64,000 nucleotides of DNA from a virus, in the IMG/VR virus record IMGVR_UViG_3300027848_000009, positions 91,888 through 155,887 of that record; one strand, 5' to 3'. Of the stretch, positions 10,488-21,080 are shown in pieces. Both the position numbers and the translations under genes were made by a program. Position 1 is the stretch's first letter; the number at the start of each line of letters is the position of its first letter. Under the pieces are notes generated by a model that worked only from the letters and a program-made list of their open reading frames with translations, searched no databases and was not told the origin of the DNA.

Positions 10488-10784
10488 ATGGACGCAATCA
10501 AATTTCCGCTAAAATTCAGCAAGGCCGGTATCGACCGCTTAACAGACGGAACAACCGACTACTACAAGCAACTACTCGCTCTTTCCATAATCACCGAACC
10601 CCACTCACTCCCAATCACACCAGATTTTGGGATTTGGGACCCAACATTCAACACCGTGGAAAAAGGTCAATTTGTCCTGCACGCGGCAAGATTTGTGCCG
10701 GAGGTCGAGATCGGTGAGATCGACTCCAGCGTTGACGACAGCGGACAGAACATCGTATCTTTCTCATTCACGGTTAGGGGCTAA
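10488..10784 (+). CDS. baseplate wedge gp25/gpW-like
   Basis: 98 aa; IKFPLKF...TEP...P.TPDFG. Confidence 0.75.
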   Translation: MDAIKFPLKFSKAGIDRLTDGTTDYYKQLLALSIITEPHSLPITPDFGIWDPTFNTVEKGQFVLHAARFVPEVEIGEIDSSVDDSGQNIVSFSFTVRG

Positions 10785-10789
10785 TCGCC

Positions 10790-12019
10790 ATGCCTGCAGA
10801 TTTTTCTCAGTACGTCGATCTGATACCATACGATCTATCCCCGACCGACGTTTATCTGGGGGCGATCGAGTTGGGTCGTGTCGTCCTGCCTGAATTCGAG
10901 ATCCGCCAAGGAACACCAGACGACGCGATGTTGCAAGCGTTCTCCTATATTACGGCACTCAACGTTGGAGCAATCAACCGGATACCACCAAGACTCATGG
11001 AGGGAATCGCCGCCCTGATGGGGGTGCCGCGGAACTATGGCCAAAAGGCTACGGTTTCGGCGACGATAACACTAAACGACTATGAGTCTTTCGTGTTGCC
11101 TATAGGGACTATTTTTATTCACTCGACTTCGACAGTCGTTGGGGTGATGACGACTCAATACGAAACGACAGAGGCGGTGAGCGTTGACCAGTCTGACGCG
11201 GAAGATGGCTCGGGAAACCCAAATCCTGTCCCAACCGTAGATGTTCAGTTGGCGGCTTCCTACGTTGGAATCAGCCCACACATTAATGCCGGAGACAATC
11301 TTCAGGTGGAAACGATCCTCCCTCAAATTGCGTCCACCATTTATTTAGGAGACTTTTTGAATGGAAGCAATCCGGAGGACGGTTCTTATTACCTGTCACG
11401 GGCAAGAACCTATCTTGAAAGCCTGTCGTCCAATACGGCAACCGCACGACAGGTGGAAGCGCACGTTCTGACAACTTTCAATTACGCTACGCGTTGCAAG
11501 GTGTACGATCTGACCGATAGTGATAGTTCGGTTTTGTTCACCGCAACCGACGCTCCGGGTAATGCAGCGATATTTGTTTGGGGTGTTGAGGCCGCCGTCA
11601 CCTCAAGTCGTCTTTACGATATTCTCGTTTCCGTCACAACCAAATCAACCGCAGGCCTGTACTTTACGGCTTCCAACTTTACAACGGTGAATGTGGGAGT
11701 TCAGGCCAGTGTCGCCTACAACTCTTCTTACGTTGCTGCAGATGTTGAAGATGCCATTACTGTTGCGTTGCTAGGGTTCCTGTCCCCCAATGGGTTCACT
11801 AGCAAGGCCGAGAAGATCAAAGTGACTGAACTTCAATCAATCGTTTCCAGTGTTGATGGTGTCGATTTTGTCGACAGTTTGACAATTTCCGATGCCAGCA
11901 ACCTTCCTAGCGGCATTATTCAGCTGAATGCAAATGGGGACATTGAATTCTTGAGGAAAGGCCTTCTCGCCACGAGTAATGAGTTAAACATTTCAATTTC
12001 ATTGTTCAGTCAATCATGA
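10790..12019 (+). CDS. baseplate J-like protein
   Basis: 409 aa after gp25-like gene; LMGVPR...ATV...IGT.F, GSNPED...Y..R, VSSVDGVDFV. Confidence 0.85.
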   Translation: MPADFSQYVDLIPYDLSPTDVYLGAIELGRVVLPEFEIRQGTPDDAMLQAFSYITALNVGAINRIPPRLMEGIAALMGVPRNYGQKATVSATITLNDYESFVLPIGTIFIHSTSTVVGVMTTQYETTEAVSVDQSDAEDGSGNPNPVPTVDVQLAASYVGISPHINAGDNLQVETILPQIASTIYLGDFLNGSNPEDGSYYLSRARTYLESLSSNTATARQVEAHVLTTFNYATRCKVYDLTDSDSSVLFTATDAPGNAAIFVWGVEAAVTSSRLYDILVSVTTKSTAGLYFTASNFTTVNVGVQASVAYNSSYVAADVEDAITVALLGFLSPNGFTSKAEKIKVTELQSIVSSVDGVDFVDSLTISDASNLPSGIIQLNANGDIEFLRKGLLATSNELNISISLFSQS

Positions 12020-15000
12020 CAGTCGAAGACGCAAACCTCTTAAACGGGTATGATGCCCTTGAGGCGTTCCGACGTACCGACTTGAGTGTTCGACCGGTTT
12101 CTGAAGTGACTTCGAATCACACTTGGACCAGTAACAATGCGTCGATGGTTGTTTCAGAGGAGGAGTCGCAGCGGTACGTTGCTAACTATTTTTCACTTGC
12201 GGTTACCCCTAATAACACAAACACTGTAACCGTGTCGCTGCCGAGTATTGCACTTCCGGCTGATAGACCCAAAAATTTTGTTTCAGAGTTGCATATTTCG
12301 GTGTACAGCAATTCCAGCATGTCAGTTTCTGCTCGCATCGCCCCAAGCGGCGAAAGCCTCCCAAGTTGGGGAGCCACAACAACGCGTCCGACGGCATGGG
12401 AGGTTGTTCGGTCAAATACATTCAGCGTGCCGACAGATGCTGGTTACACGCACGCGAAGACTTCCATTACGTTCTCCGGACATGACGGGCAACCTTTTTA
12501 CATAACAATGCCGGTTTTTAGCAATGACCTCTTTTTCCGCGAAAGCGGTTTTGTGAATGTGGCTCGCCGGTTCATGCCTTCATACTACTGGGACATCGAC
12601 TCTCAGCAGGAAAATCCCAGCAACCCGATGTACCGTTTGTTCGATATTTTCACTCGCCACGCGAACGAAACATCTGTGACGTACGAAAAGTACTTCAGCT
12701 TTGAGCCAGACGAGCGTTTAGCCACCGACGTCGACGGCGAACTTACACTCAGCACTTTGGTGAACCCAAGTGTGATCGATCCGGCAAACCGGTCTTGGCT
12801 GTCCCAGTTCACGGGGGCGGCGTTGCGCTCCAACGCTGATGCAATCAACTTCGAATACGATGTGTTCACGAAAGAAACCAACGTTTCCGGCAATTCTGTA
12901 AACGCAGGTGCCCTCTGGTCTGTTGTTGACTTGCATGCCGATATGGGCGAACTTGCTACAAACGGAATTTCATCAGATGACACTCTAAGGGACATCGTTG
13001 ACCAGTTCGTCACAAGTGGATCTGCTGTTACTTGGGACATGGTAAAGGGTTCTGCCGGATCTAACAAAACTGAACTAACAACTATTACGTATACGGCGGC
13101 TACGACGTCTCCTGCATTGGCATACACTTACGAGGGTCCGTTCAGTCTGCCCGTCACTGATCCGGTCTCGTTGCGTCAATCCGATCTTCATGGCATTATC
13201 ACTGCGGCTGACGACCTTTCCAGTTCTTCGCTAACCCTGAAAAGTAGATTCTCTGACCCTGTGCTCAAAAGCAGGGTGGAAGGAAACTTTGTTTTTTCTG
13301 TAGCAAATCAATTAACCGGTGAAGACACTACGAGAATTTATGAATCATTATACGATTCTCCATCTTCGGAATTTGTCTACAGCGTGGATGCAAATTTCAG
13401 TGGCTACACAGTAGCTGGATCGACGGATGATAACTATTCAACCGACTGTGATGCTTTAGGTAAAGTGGTTGCCACCGGTCGTATTTCATATACGTCGGGA
13501 GGTTCGGACACCGGTATTTTAGAAATATTTGAAAAGCCTGACGCAGATTCTGTTTACGGTTCCCCCACAACTTTTTCGCATTCTGAAGATGCGGGCAACT
13601 CTTCTCTCGGGTTCAATCATCGCGTCAGAGTGTCCTACGACGGAACCGCCGTCGGGTCGATGCGTGGCGTCACCAATGATCTCATCCGAGTTTACGGCAA
13701 AGATCCTTCCACTGGGAACTGGGCTATTCGTGGGAGCAGCATTACTGTTGACGTATCCGATTTTTGGCTCAACTCGGATGGAACAAAATTGTTGGTCATC
13801 GGAACCAATAACACTGTCCGATTTTTTGAATTCGATATCACCGACGGATGGGCTGAAACACGCGCACAGATAACGCCAACGTGGACAGTCACTGGACCTA
13901 ATTCTTCTTCCGCCAGATGCTCCATGAATAGTGACGGATCAATAATCGCTATTTCTCACCCGTATGCAACGTTCAATGGGTTTGACGACGACGGAAACGC
14001 ACTGTCGTATGCATCCGCTGGCATTGTTGAAACTTATATGTGGTTGAATTCGGCGTGGATAGCAATAGAAACACCACAGATTGGCGTCGCATCAGATCTT
14101 TCTGGAATCGAAATTAGACTTGATAGTTACGGGAGAACGCTTGCCGTTGGAGTTCCAAACTACGACAGTGGAGTTGGATGCGTTTTCGTTCTCGAACTAT
14201 TGAAATTTGAGCCAGTTGATTCGTTTACCACACATGTGTGGAACATTAAATCGTCCATATATGATGCAAATCTTTCCAACTTTGGTCACTCGTTCGACAT
14301 GAGTGACAACGGTGAAGTTCTTTTTATTCGACATCACTTGGCGAGTACAACGAGGGCGACTGCTTATCGATACGACTCGTCCACATCGCTGTATAGCAGT
14401 TCGTTTCATATCGAAATCAGTGATGCATCCGCTAACGACTCTACCCTTCAGGTTGCATGCGCCAAGGCTGCATGTCTTTGGGACCATGAAGAAATGTCTG
14501 AAAGAGTTTTGGGATCTTCTGTTTTTGTATCGTCCGAGCAACCGGCTGACCCTTATGTCGTTGGTCAAAAAGCGGTAAGAGTTATTTTTCAAGATGCAAA
14601 TGGTGCGGTCACATCTTCATCCACCAATGCGGGTTTCGACGCTGCACTCAATTCTCTTGTAGCAGGCGACAAGATATTTATTGGAAATTCTTTAACTGAT
14701 GGGTTTGGATATTTTCTTGAATATGCCGGAACGTGGTCGTTTGGCGACCCTTGGGGTGGCGTCAACTACGGGTACGTAATTGACTACAAAGATAGGCCGA
14801 CTATCGCGTATGGCCAATCTTCCTCTTACCCGCAGACGGATACTTTTTATGACGCCACCACCAGTGTTCTTTCTGGTGAACTCGATAGCGTTGTAGGAAC
14901 ATTTTTTGCTGCACAGTCAGCTTCTTCTTTGTCTCCCGTTTTTACGTCTTTGTCTGAGCAGGATGATTACATGAGTTGGCAGTTCTCTAACAGCTATTAC

Positions 15001-15303
15001 GGTTTGAAGGCCGGTTCCAGAGAATCGATGACAGAGGCAGCAAAATTGGTTTTGTCCGCCTCTAAGGTTGTTGCCGTTTCACCAAATTACAGTGGTTTCA
15101 GAAATCGCATCCATATCAGGACGCTGACGAGTGAAACACCCAATATCGACTCAGTGACATACGCGTCGTCTGACGTATTGTCGGTTATTGCACCAACACG
15201 TCCTGTTGGGTATTACTTTACTCATGAAACAGTTGATAAACTGTTCTTTACACTCAACAATATCGGAATTGGGCGGCTAGGCATCTCCGTCCTCGGGAAC
15301 TAA
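12016..15303 (+). CDS. baseplate wedge (P2 gpI-like) with large internal beta-rich/propeller insertion
   Basis: ATGA coupling; WLSQFTG and WQ....YG..AGS...RPVG segments flank about 700 aa containing FG-GAP/propeller-like repeats. Confidence 0.6.
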   Translation: MTVEDANLLNGYDALEAFRRTDLSVRPVSEVTSNHTWTSNNASMVVSEEESQRYVANYFSLAVTPNNTNTVTVSLPSIALPADRPKNFVSELHISVYSNSSMSVSARIAPSGESLPSWGATTTRPTAWEVVRSNTFSVPTDAGYTHAKTSITFSGHDGQPFYITMPVFSNDLFFRESGFVNVARRFMPSYYWDIDSQQENPSNPMYRLFDIFTRHANETSVTYEKYFSFEPDERLATDVDGELTLSTLVNPSVIDPANRSWLSQFTGAALRSNADAINFEYDVFTKETNVSGNSVNAGALWSVVDLHADMGELATNGISSDDTLRDIVDQFVTSGSAVTWDMVKGSAGSNKTELTTITYTAATTSPALAYTYEGPFSLPVTDPVSLRQSDLHGIITAADDLSSSSLTLKSRFSDPVLKSRVEGNFVFSVANQLTGEDTTRIYESLYDSPSSEFVYSVDANFSGYTVAGSTDDNYSTDCDALGKVVATGRISYTSGGSDTGILEIFEKPDADSVYGSPTTFSHSEDAGNSSLGFNHRVRVSYDGTAVGSMRGVTNDLIRVYGKDPSTGNWAIRGSSITVDVSDFWLNSDGTKLLVIGTNNTVRFFEFDITDGWAETRAQITPTWTVTGPNSSSARCSMNSDGSIIAISHPYATFNGFDDDGNALSYASAGIVETYMWLNSAWIAIETPQIGVASDLSGIEIRLDSYGRTLAVGVPNYDSGVGCVFVLELLKFEPVDSFTTHVWNIKSSIYDANLSNFGHSFDMSDNGEVLFIRHHLASTTRATAYRYDSSTSLYSSSFHIEISDASANDSTLQVACAKAACLWDHEEMSERVLGSSVFVSSEQPADPYVVGQKAVRVIFQDANGAVTSSSTNAGFDAALNSLVAGDKIFIGNSLTDGFGYFLEYAGTWSFGDPWGGVNYGYVIDYKDRPTIAYGQSSSYPQTDTFYDATTSVLSGELDSVVGTFFAAQSASSLSPVFTSLSEQDDYMSWQFSNSYYGLKAGSRESMTEAAKLVLSASKVVAVSPNYSGFRNRIHIRTLTSETPNIDSVTYASSDVLSVIAPTRPVGYYFTHETVDKLFFTLNNIGIGRLGISVLGN

Positions 15304-15315
15304 GAGGTATTTCTA

Positions 15316-15615
15316 ATGGCTGGACTCGGATATTACGAATTTCAGGGGGAAGCCGTTCTTACGGCGTCTCAGGTAAACGGATACCTAATGCAGCAGTCAG
15401 TGATGGTTCAAACCACTGAGGCAGCTCTCAACAATGACTTGGGGGTAGTTAAGTCTGCAGGCATGATGGGCTACTTCATCGGCGGTAGCGACCTCGTTAG
15501 TAGACCTCACTTTTATGACGGGTCAGTCTGGAACAGAATCGCAACACAAGCAGAAGTTGAAGCTCAGGAAAACCGTACCGGTCAGGTGCTTTTGTACATG
15601 GAAGTTATCAATTAG
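15316..15615 (+). CDS. virion / tail-fibre-associated protein
   Basis: MAGLGY..F..GEAVLTASQVNGYLMQQ is a typical fibre N-terminal segment. Confidence 0.6.
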   Translation: MAGLGYYEFQGEAVLTASQVNGYLMQQSVMVQTTEAALNNDLGVVKSAGMMGYFIGGSDLVSRPHFYDGSVWNRIATQAEVEAQENRTGQVLLYMEVIN

Positions 15616-15666
15616 CATCTTATTTGATATAATGGTCAATACTCACTCGTATTCCTTGGAGGGAAA

Positions 15667-15882
15667 ATGCACACAACATTTCTGAAAGATGCAATCGAAC
15701 GTGCAGGCAAGACGTTCGTTCAGGCTTACCTTGCCGTCTGGATGGCCACTGGAGCCAACTTTGACAGCCTGACGAGCGGTTCGAACCTGAAGGCTGGCGT
15801 CGTCGCTGTTGCCCTCTCCGTGGCCATGAGCATGGGGCTCAAGAACGTCGGGCCGAACAAGGGTTCCGCCTCAATCGTCTGA
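15667..15882 (+). CDS. holin (r1t-like)
   Basis: FLKDAIERAGKTFVQA motif, two hydrophobic segments, GGAGG RBS. Confidence 0.8.
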   Translation: MHTTFLKDAIERAGKTFVQAYLAVWMATGANFDSLTSGSNLKAGVVAVALSVAMSMGLKNVGPNKGSASIV

Positions 15883-15955
15883 GTCTCATCATTACCCCGA
15901 GAAATTGGGGATTTTGATCTACAATAAGTAGTAGGTCTGAAGAGAGGAGGCGTCC

Positions 15956-16333
15956 ATGATCGCAGGTACATACAACATCGTTTGCGAACAGGGAGCCACT
16001 CTCCTTCGGGTTATCCAAGTAAGGGTACCTGATCCCACTGACACTACTGGCACCACGTACATTGATTATGACCTAGCAGGGCACACTGCCCGCATGCAGG
16101 TTCGCCGAACTCGTGATTCTGCAACGTTTCAAGTTGAGTTGACCACGGAGAATGGCGGCATCGTCCTTGAACCCGCCAGCCAGCAGGGCATGGTTCACTT
16201 GATAATGAGTGACACCACCACTTCTGCGCTTACCACTGATGGCGTTTATGACTTAGAAATTATCTCTTCGATCGGAGTGGTAAATCGCTTAATTCAGGGA
16301 ACATTTACCCTCAATCTTGAGGTCACACGATGA
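15956..16333 (+). CDS. Ig-like virion structural protein
   Basis: GTYNIVCEQGAT...DLAGHTARMQVR...YDLEI...RLIQGTF...EVTR. Confidence 0.65.
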   Translation: MIAGTYNIVCEQGATLLRVIQVRVPDPTDTTGTTYIDYDLAGHTARMQVRRTRDSATFQVELTTENGGIVLEPASQQGMVHLIMSDTTTSALTTDGVYDLEIISSIGVVNRLIQGTFTLNLEVTR

Positions 16334-16638
16334 GTGCCGCCAACAACGTCTACGTTTATCAGGATTCCCCCAATCAGGTGGTCGTGGACGAGAGTGCCCC
16401 CACGGTCATCAATGTCATGCTGACCGGCTCGGCTGGCGTTAACACCCGCAGGACCGTTCACTCTCAGGCATCCCCGTCAATCACGTGGACAGCCACCCAC
16501 GCTCTGGGCGGAAAACCGTCTGTAATGGTTGTTGATACTGCAGACACCGTAGTCGTAGGTGATGTAACATATATAAGTAGCACGGAAATAAGGATCCAGT
16601 TCACTGCTCCTTTTTCCGGATACGCATATCTCACGTAA
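16330..16638 (+). CDS. virion structural protein
   Basis: WTATHALGGKPSV...FTAPFSGYAYL, fibre-associated type; ATGA coupling. Confidence 0.6.
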   Translation: MSAANNVYVYQDSPNQVVVDESAPTVINVMLTGSAGVNTRRTVHSQASPSITWTATHALGGKPSVMVVDTADTVVVGDVTYISSTEIRIQFTAPFSGYAYLT

Positions 16639-16650
16639 CAGGGGTCTTCG

Positions 16651-17997
16651 ATGGCGCTAAAGTTTATAACAAATCTAGATCTAAATCAGAATCAACTTCT
16701 GAATAGCAGGTTTGAGAGCGTTGCCACCGACCCCACGGCCAACAATTTTGAAGGCCGACTTATCTACAACAGTACCGAAAAGGTACTGAAACTGTACACT
16801 GGGAACGCATGGCGGAAAGCCATTCATTCACTTGCGTCCACCACCACAGCCCTCGTAATCTCGGAGTCCAACGGTTCGGTCTCCTTCTTGATTGCCGACG
16901 CCGTACAATCTGGGGCATCCGGACTCCTAAATGGGACCGACAAGCAGGCGCTCGACAACAAGACATCGCAAAACACCGGCTCGACAATTGCCATCCGCGA
17001 TGCTGGCGGCCGAATTCAGGTCTCCGCCCCAGTCAACGATCTGGATGCAGCCAACAAATCATACGTCGATGCCGCCCGTACGGGCCTTGACGTCAAAGCC
17101 TCCGTTCGCGCCGCCACCACCGGAGCACTGAGTATCACCACCGATCTTGAAAACGGTGACACTGTCGACGGAATCGTCCTCGCTACAGGAGATCGTGTCC
17201 TTGTCAAAGATCAGACAAGCGGTGCAGAAAACGGTATTTACGTCGTTCAGGCGTCCGGCGCAGCCGTTCGTGCAACAGATGCCGACAGTGATGCTGAAGT
17301 CACCCCCGGGATGTTCACCTTCATCGAAGAGGGCACCGCCAACGCCGACGAAGGCTGGGTACTCACCAACAACGGTTCGGTAACAGTCGGTACGACAGCA
17401 CTCGACTTTGCCATCTTCTCCGTCGCTGGGGGAATCCTCGCTGGAGCAGGCCTCTCCAAGACCGGCGACACTTTTGATGCCAACGTAGCCAGCGATGGTG
17501 GCATCGAGATTGCCTCCGACAACCTGAAAATCAAGGTTGACGCAAACGTTGACGGACTGACCACCACCACCGACGGTCTCGCCCTCGCTTCGAACATCGC
17601 CGGTGCCGGTATCACGTTTACCAGTGGCGTCCTCTCCGCTGACACCATCGACCTGACCAGCAACGTCAGCGGCCTACTTCCGATTGCCAATGGCGGCACC
17701 AACGCCAGCACCGAAGCAGACGCCCGCAACACAATCGCCGCGACCTCGGCTACCGGGCTCACTACCAGCACCCCCACTCTGGCCCGCGTCTCGGCTCAGA
17801 CTGTCGGCAACGCAACTGACACCTCGTTCTCTTTAGTCCACAACTTTGGGACTCGCGACGTCACGGTCCAAGTATATGACGCGACCACCCATGACACCGT
17901 GTTCGCCGACGTCGTGCGAACAAACACCAATCAGGTTGACGTTTCATTCTCGGCTGCTCCCGCCTCGGGCGCATACCGGGTTGTCGTCAGCGGTTAA
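16651..17997 (+). CDS. tail fibre / appendage protein
   Basis: DAANKSYVD, LDVKASVRAATT, GDRVLVKDQT..ENGIYVV, HNFGTRDV motifs. Confidence 0.8.
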   Translation: MALKFITNLDLNQNQLLNSRFESVATDPTANNFEGRLIYNSTEKVLKLYTGNAWRKAIHSLASTTTALVISESNGSVSFLIADAVQSGASGLLNGTDKQALDNKTSQNTGSTIAIRDAGGRIQVSAPVNDLDAANKSYVDAARTGLDVKASVRAATTGALSITTDLENGDTVDGIVLATGDRVLVKDQTSGAENGIYVVQASGAAVRATDADSDAEVTPGMFTFIEEGTANADEGWVLTNNGSVTVGTTALDFAIFSVAGGILAGAGLSKTGDTFDANVASDGGIEIASDNLKIKVDANVDGLTTTTDGLALASNIAGAGITFTSGVLSADTIDLTSNVSGLLPIANGGTNASTEADARNTIAATSATGLTTSTPTLARVSAQTVGNATDTSFSLVHNFGTRDVTVQVYDATTHDTVFADVVRTNTNQVDVSFSAAPASGAYRVVVSG

Positions 17998-18047
17998 CAC
18001 ATAGCCCTGAGGGGTAGCGCAAGCGAAACAGTTGAGGCTGATTCACC

Positions 18048-20588
18048 ATGACACGATTTGTAGGGACACCTGTAAAAGGTGTTGAGTTTGCGAATGCCGG
18101 AGATGAAGCGATCTCGGCACGTGTCAGTGGTGATTCAAACGCCAGAATTCGCATTGATGCGGGTGGGCGACTGACGTGGGGTGATGGGGCTACGGCCGGA
18201 GATGCCAATCTCTACCGCTCCGATGCTAATACCCTGAAAACCGACGACACGCTTTATGCCGTCAACGGAGTAATAACCCTGACGACTGTCGGAGCCCCCA
18301 CGGCGAACCTGCCCGATGGGGCGATCGCGATCGACACGTCCGCCGACAGCCTCTACCTGCGAAGCCAGAGCGCGTGGGTCAAGGCCGGAGGCGTCGAACT
18401 TTCCACTACTGCCCCAACAGCGAATGTTTCTGATGGGGACATGTGGTTCGACACCGATGACGGCTTTCTCTATGTGAGGAACAGCGGGTCGTGGGTATCG
18501 GTTACAGCGACTTTAGCGCTGAACGGTATTTCTGATGTCACGATCACGTCTGCCACAACCGGCGACTTCCTCACGTGGAACGGTACTGCGTGGGTAAACG
18601 GTGCCGGTGACGTCGCATTCAATTCCGTGACGCTTGGCTCTGCCCCAACTCAAGCCAGTCATGCAGCAACGAAGTCATATGTAGACAATCTCGCTGCCGG
18701 AATCGATTGGCACGAGGCCGCTCGACTGGGAACGACCTCGGCACTGCCCAATGCGCCGACATATGGCAATGGGAGCAGTGGCGAAGGCGCAACACTGACA
18801 GCCGGAACCCAGAACCGACTTGTTGTCGATGGCGCAAACGCCAATACTGGCGACAGAATCCTTGTCAAGACTCAAGCCGTAGGTTACGAAGATGGCGTAT
18901 ATTCGGTAACCAATCAAGGTGCATCTGGTTCTGCTGCATGGGTCCTCACCCGTGCCGACGATTTTGATGGAACCCAGCCCGGAGGAATCCAGCCCGGTGA
19001 AGCGGTGTTTGTTCTTAATGGATCGGTAAACGCAAACCAAGGCTTCGTCGTTACCTCAACAAATGATCCTCATACGGTCGGAACTGATTCGATCACGTTC
19101 ACTCAGTTTACTGGGGCGCAGGCATTCTCCGCTGGTGCTGGCTTGACAAAGACCGGCAACACCATTGACGTAGTCACAGCAGACTCTGGTCGGATTGTGG
19201 TTAGTGCCGACAGCGTCGATCTTGGGTCGGTATCGGTTGGCGCAACCTCTGGTTCGGCGACTCAGTCTTTTGTTTCCTCGGTAGCCACTGACGCGTATGG
19301 TCGAGTCACGGGTGTGGAAACGTCAAGCCTGATTCAGGGCCTCGGAACCGCCGACTCGCCGTCGTTCACCGCAGTCACCAGTGATGTAACTGGAACGGTT
19401 TCCGATATCTCGAATCACAACCTGAACGGCATTTCTGACGTCACGATCGCGTCGGCCGCAACTGGTGAATTCCTCAAGTGGAACGGAACTGCTTGGGTAA
19501 ATGCCGCGATCACTGGGGTCACTGGGATCGCTGCGCTCAACGATATTGGTGACGTGACGATCGCTTCCGCAACTTCAGGCGAAATTCTGTTTTGGAACGG
19601 CACTGCGTGGGTGAACGACACGATCGCTTCGGTAAATCAGATTGACGACGTAACCATTACAAGCGCCATCTCTGGGAACATTCTCACGCACAATGGAACC
19701 AATTGGATCAATTCACCATTCACTATCCAAAATGCCGGAGGAGTATCGGTTTCTGGAGAAACCTCTGGCGACGTCCTTCTGTTCAACGGATCGAATTATG
19801 TGAATACCGCCCACACGTTGGCGAACATCACAAATGTCACTTTGACGACCGAGGCTAATGGAGAGTTCCTCAAGTACAACGGTAGCGCTTGGATCAATGC
19901 TTCCATTCCAGAAATCAACACTTTGAACGACGTGGGGAACGTCGCAATTACCTCCGCAACTTCAGGTGATGTTCTGAAATGGAGCGGCACCCAATGGATC
20001 AATTCCGATATTTTGGCTAGTCCGGGTCTAACCGGAGTTCCGACTGCCGCGACTGCATCTACGACTACAAGCACGACCCAAATTGCGACAACCGCTTTCG
20101 TCCAGCAGGAACTTGCCGCACTGGTTGAGTCGGCGCCCGCCACACTCGACACGTTAAACGAGTTGGCTGCCGCTCTCGGTGATGACGCCAACTTCTCCAC
20201 CACTGTCACCAACTCTTTGGCGCTGAAGGCTCCGCTGGAAAGCCCGACTTTCACGGGAACGGTCACGCTTCCGGCAGGCACGAGCTTTCTTCACGACTAT
20301 GACGCGTATGGTGCAAGCCATACTCTGGTTGTGGGCAACGGAGGACAGACGCTCGAATTTTCGGCTACCGGAACTCTTACCGTACCCCCCGATGCGACCG
20401 TGAACTTCACAATCGGAACACAGGTCATGGCTATTCAGACAGGAAACGGCAATGTCACTGTCGCTGGCGGTGCCGGAGTGACCATTAACTACGCTGTGGG
20501 TCTCAAAACTCGTAAGCAGTGGTCTGCTATTGTTCTTCACAAACGTGCAGCTAATACTTGGCTCATGACTGGCGACGCAAAGGTTTGA
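18048..20588 (+). CDS. long tail fibre with seven ~27-aa repeats
   Basis: Repeats of LNDIxDVTIxSAxxGxxLxWNGTxWxN; IATTAFV and APATLDTLNELAAALGDDANF fibre motifs. Confidence 0.85.
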   Translation: MTRFVGTPVKGVEFANAGDEAISARVSGDSNARIRIDAGGRLTWGDGATAGDANLYRSDANTLKTDDTLYAVNGVITLTTVGAPTANLPDGAIAIDTSADSLYLRSQSAWVKAGGVELSTTAPTANVSDGDMWFDTDDGFLYVRNSGSWVSVTATLALNGISDVTITSATTGDFLTWNGTAWVNGAGDVAFNSVTLGSAPTQASHAATKSYVDNLAAGIDWHEAARLGTTSALPNAPTYGNGSSGEGATLTAGTQNRLVVDGANANTGDRILVKTQAVGYEDGVYSVTNQGASGSAAWVLTRADDFDGTQPGGIQPGEAVFVLNGSVNANQGFVVTSTNDPHTVGTDSITFTQFTGAQAFSAGAGLTKTGNTIDVVTADSGRIVVSADSVDLGSVSVGATSGSATQSFVSSVATDAYGRVTGVETSSLIQGLGTADSPSFTAVTSDVTGTVSDISNHNLNGISDVTIASAATGEFLKWNGTAWVNAAITGVTGIAALNDIGDVTIASATSGEILFWNGTAWVNDTIASVNQIDDVTITSAISGNILTHNGTNWINSPFTIQNAGGVSVSGETSGDVLLFNGSNYVNTAHTLANITNVTLTTEANGEFLKYNGSAWINASIPEINTLNDVGNVAITSATSGDVLKWSGTQWINSDILASPGLTGVPTAATASTTTSTTQIATTAFVQQELAALVESAPATLDTLNELAAALGDDANFSTTVTNSLALKAPLESPTFTGTVTLPAGTSFLHDYDAYGASHTLVVGNGGQTLEFSATGTLTVPPDATVNFTIGTQVMAIQTGNGNVTVAGGAGVTINYAVGLKTRKQWSAIVLHKRAANTWLMTGDAKV

Positions 20589-20594
20589 TGAATA

Positions 20595-21074
20595 ATGGCT
20601 CTAGATAGGTCTGGTGTTGAACTTCCGAGGAAGGGTTTCACATATCCCGATTTGGCTAACGCTTCAATCCTCGCCTCGTCGCTTGTGGGGCTTGGATTCG
20701 AGAATGCTACTGTCGCTTCAAACACTCTCAACACGACGGTGTGGTACGATGTCGGCAAGGCTCATGAAATTGTCGTAGACGGGGTCACCTCCACGGCAAC
20801 CAGTTCTTACACGGATATACCTATGGGTATTGTCATTACTGTCCGGGCAATCGGACCGTTTTTCCCGCCACATTTCCCGCCCCACTTCCCGCCGTTCTTC
20901 CCGCCCCACTTCCCGCCACATTTCCCGCCGTTCTTCCCGCCCCACTTCCCGCCACATTTCCCGCCGTTCTTCCCGCCCCACTTCCCGCCACATTTCCCGC
21001 CGTTCTTCCCGCCGTTCTTCCCGCCACATTTCCCGCCACATTTCCCGCCGTTCTTCCCGCCATCGTTTAAGTGA
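20595..21074 (+). CDS. protein with C-terminal (FPPH/FPPF)17 repeat; N-terminus possibly a degenerate PASTA-like domain
   Basis: Co-oriented with flanking genes; synonymous variation in the repeat preserves the F-P-P-X frame. Confidence 0.8.
   Translation: MALDRSGVELPRKGFTYPDLANASILASSLVGLGFENATVASNTLNTTVWYDVGKAHEIVVDGVTSTATSSYTDIPMGIVITVRAIGPFFPPHFPPHFPPFFPPHFPPHFPPFFPPHFPPHFPPFFPPHFPPHFPPFFPPFFPPHFPPHFPPFFPPSFK
20862..21065 (+). repeat. 17 x 12-bp tandem repeat with 36-bp higher-order period
   Basis: ttcccgccacat / ttcccgccccac / ttcccgccgttc units: 10 FPPH, 6 FPPF, 1 FPPS. Confidence 0.97.
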
Positions 21075-21080
21075 TTTCCG

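Noticed and set aside
631-15303. Extracellular contractile injection system or tailocin
   Set aside because: A long tape measure, lysis genes, replication genes, WhiB and an early-gene array in the same contig indicate a phage; head genes are presumably outside the window.
20862-21065. Link to PPFF-containing cyclic peptides such as antamanide or cyclolinopeptide
   Set aside because: Only a short compositional resemblance; no prolyl oligopeptidase or cyclase and no spacer/cleavage motifs between units.
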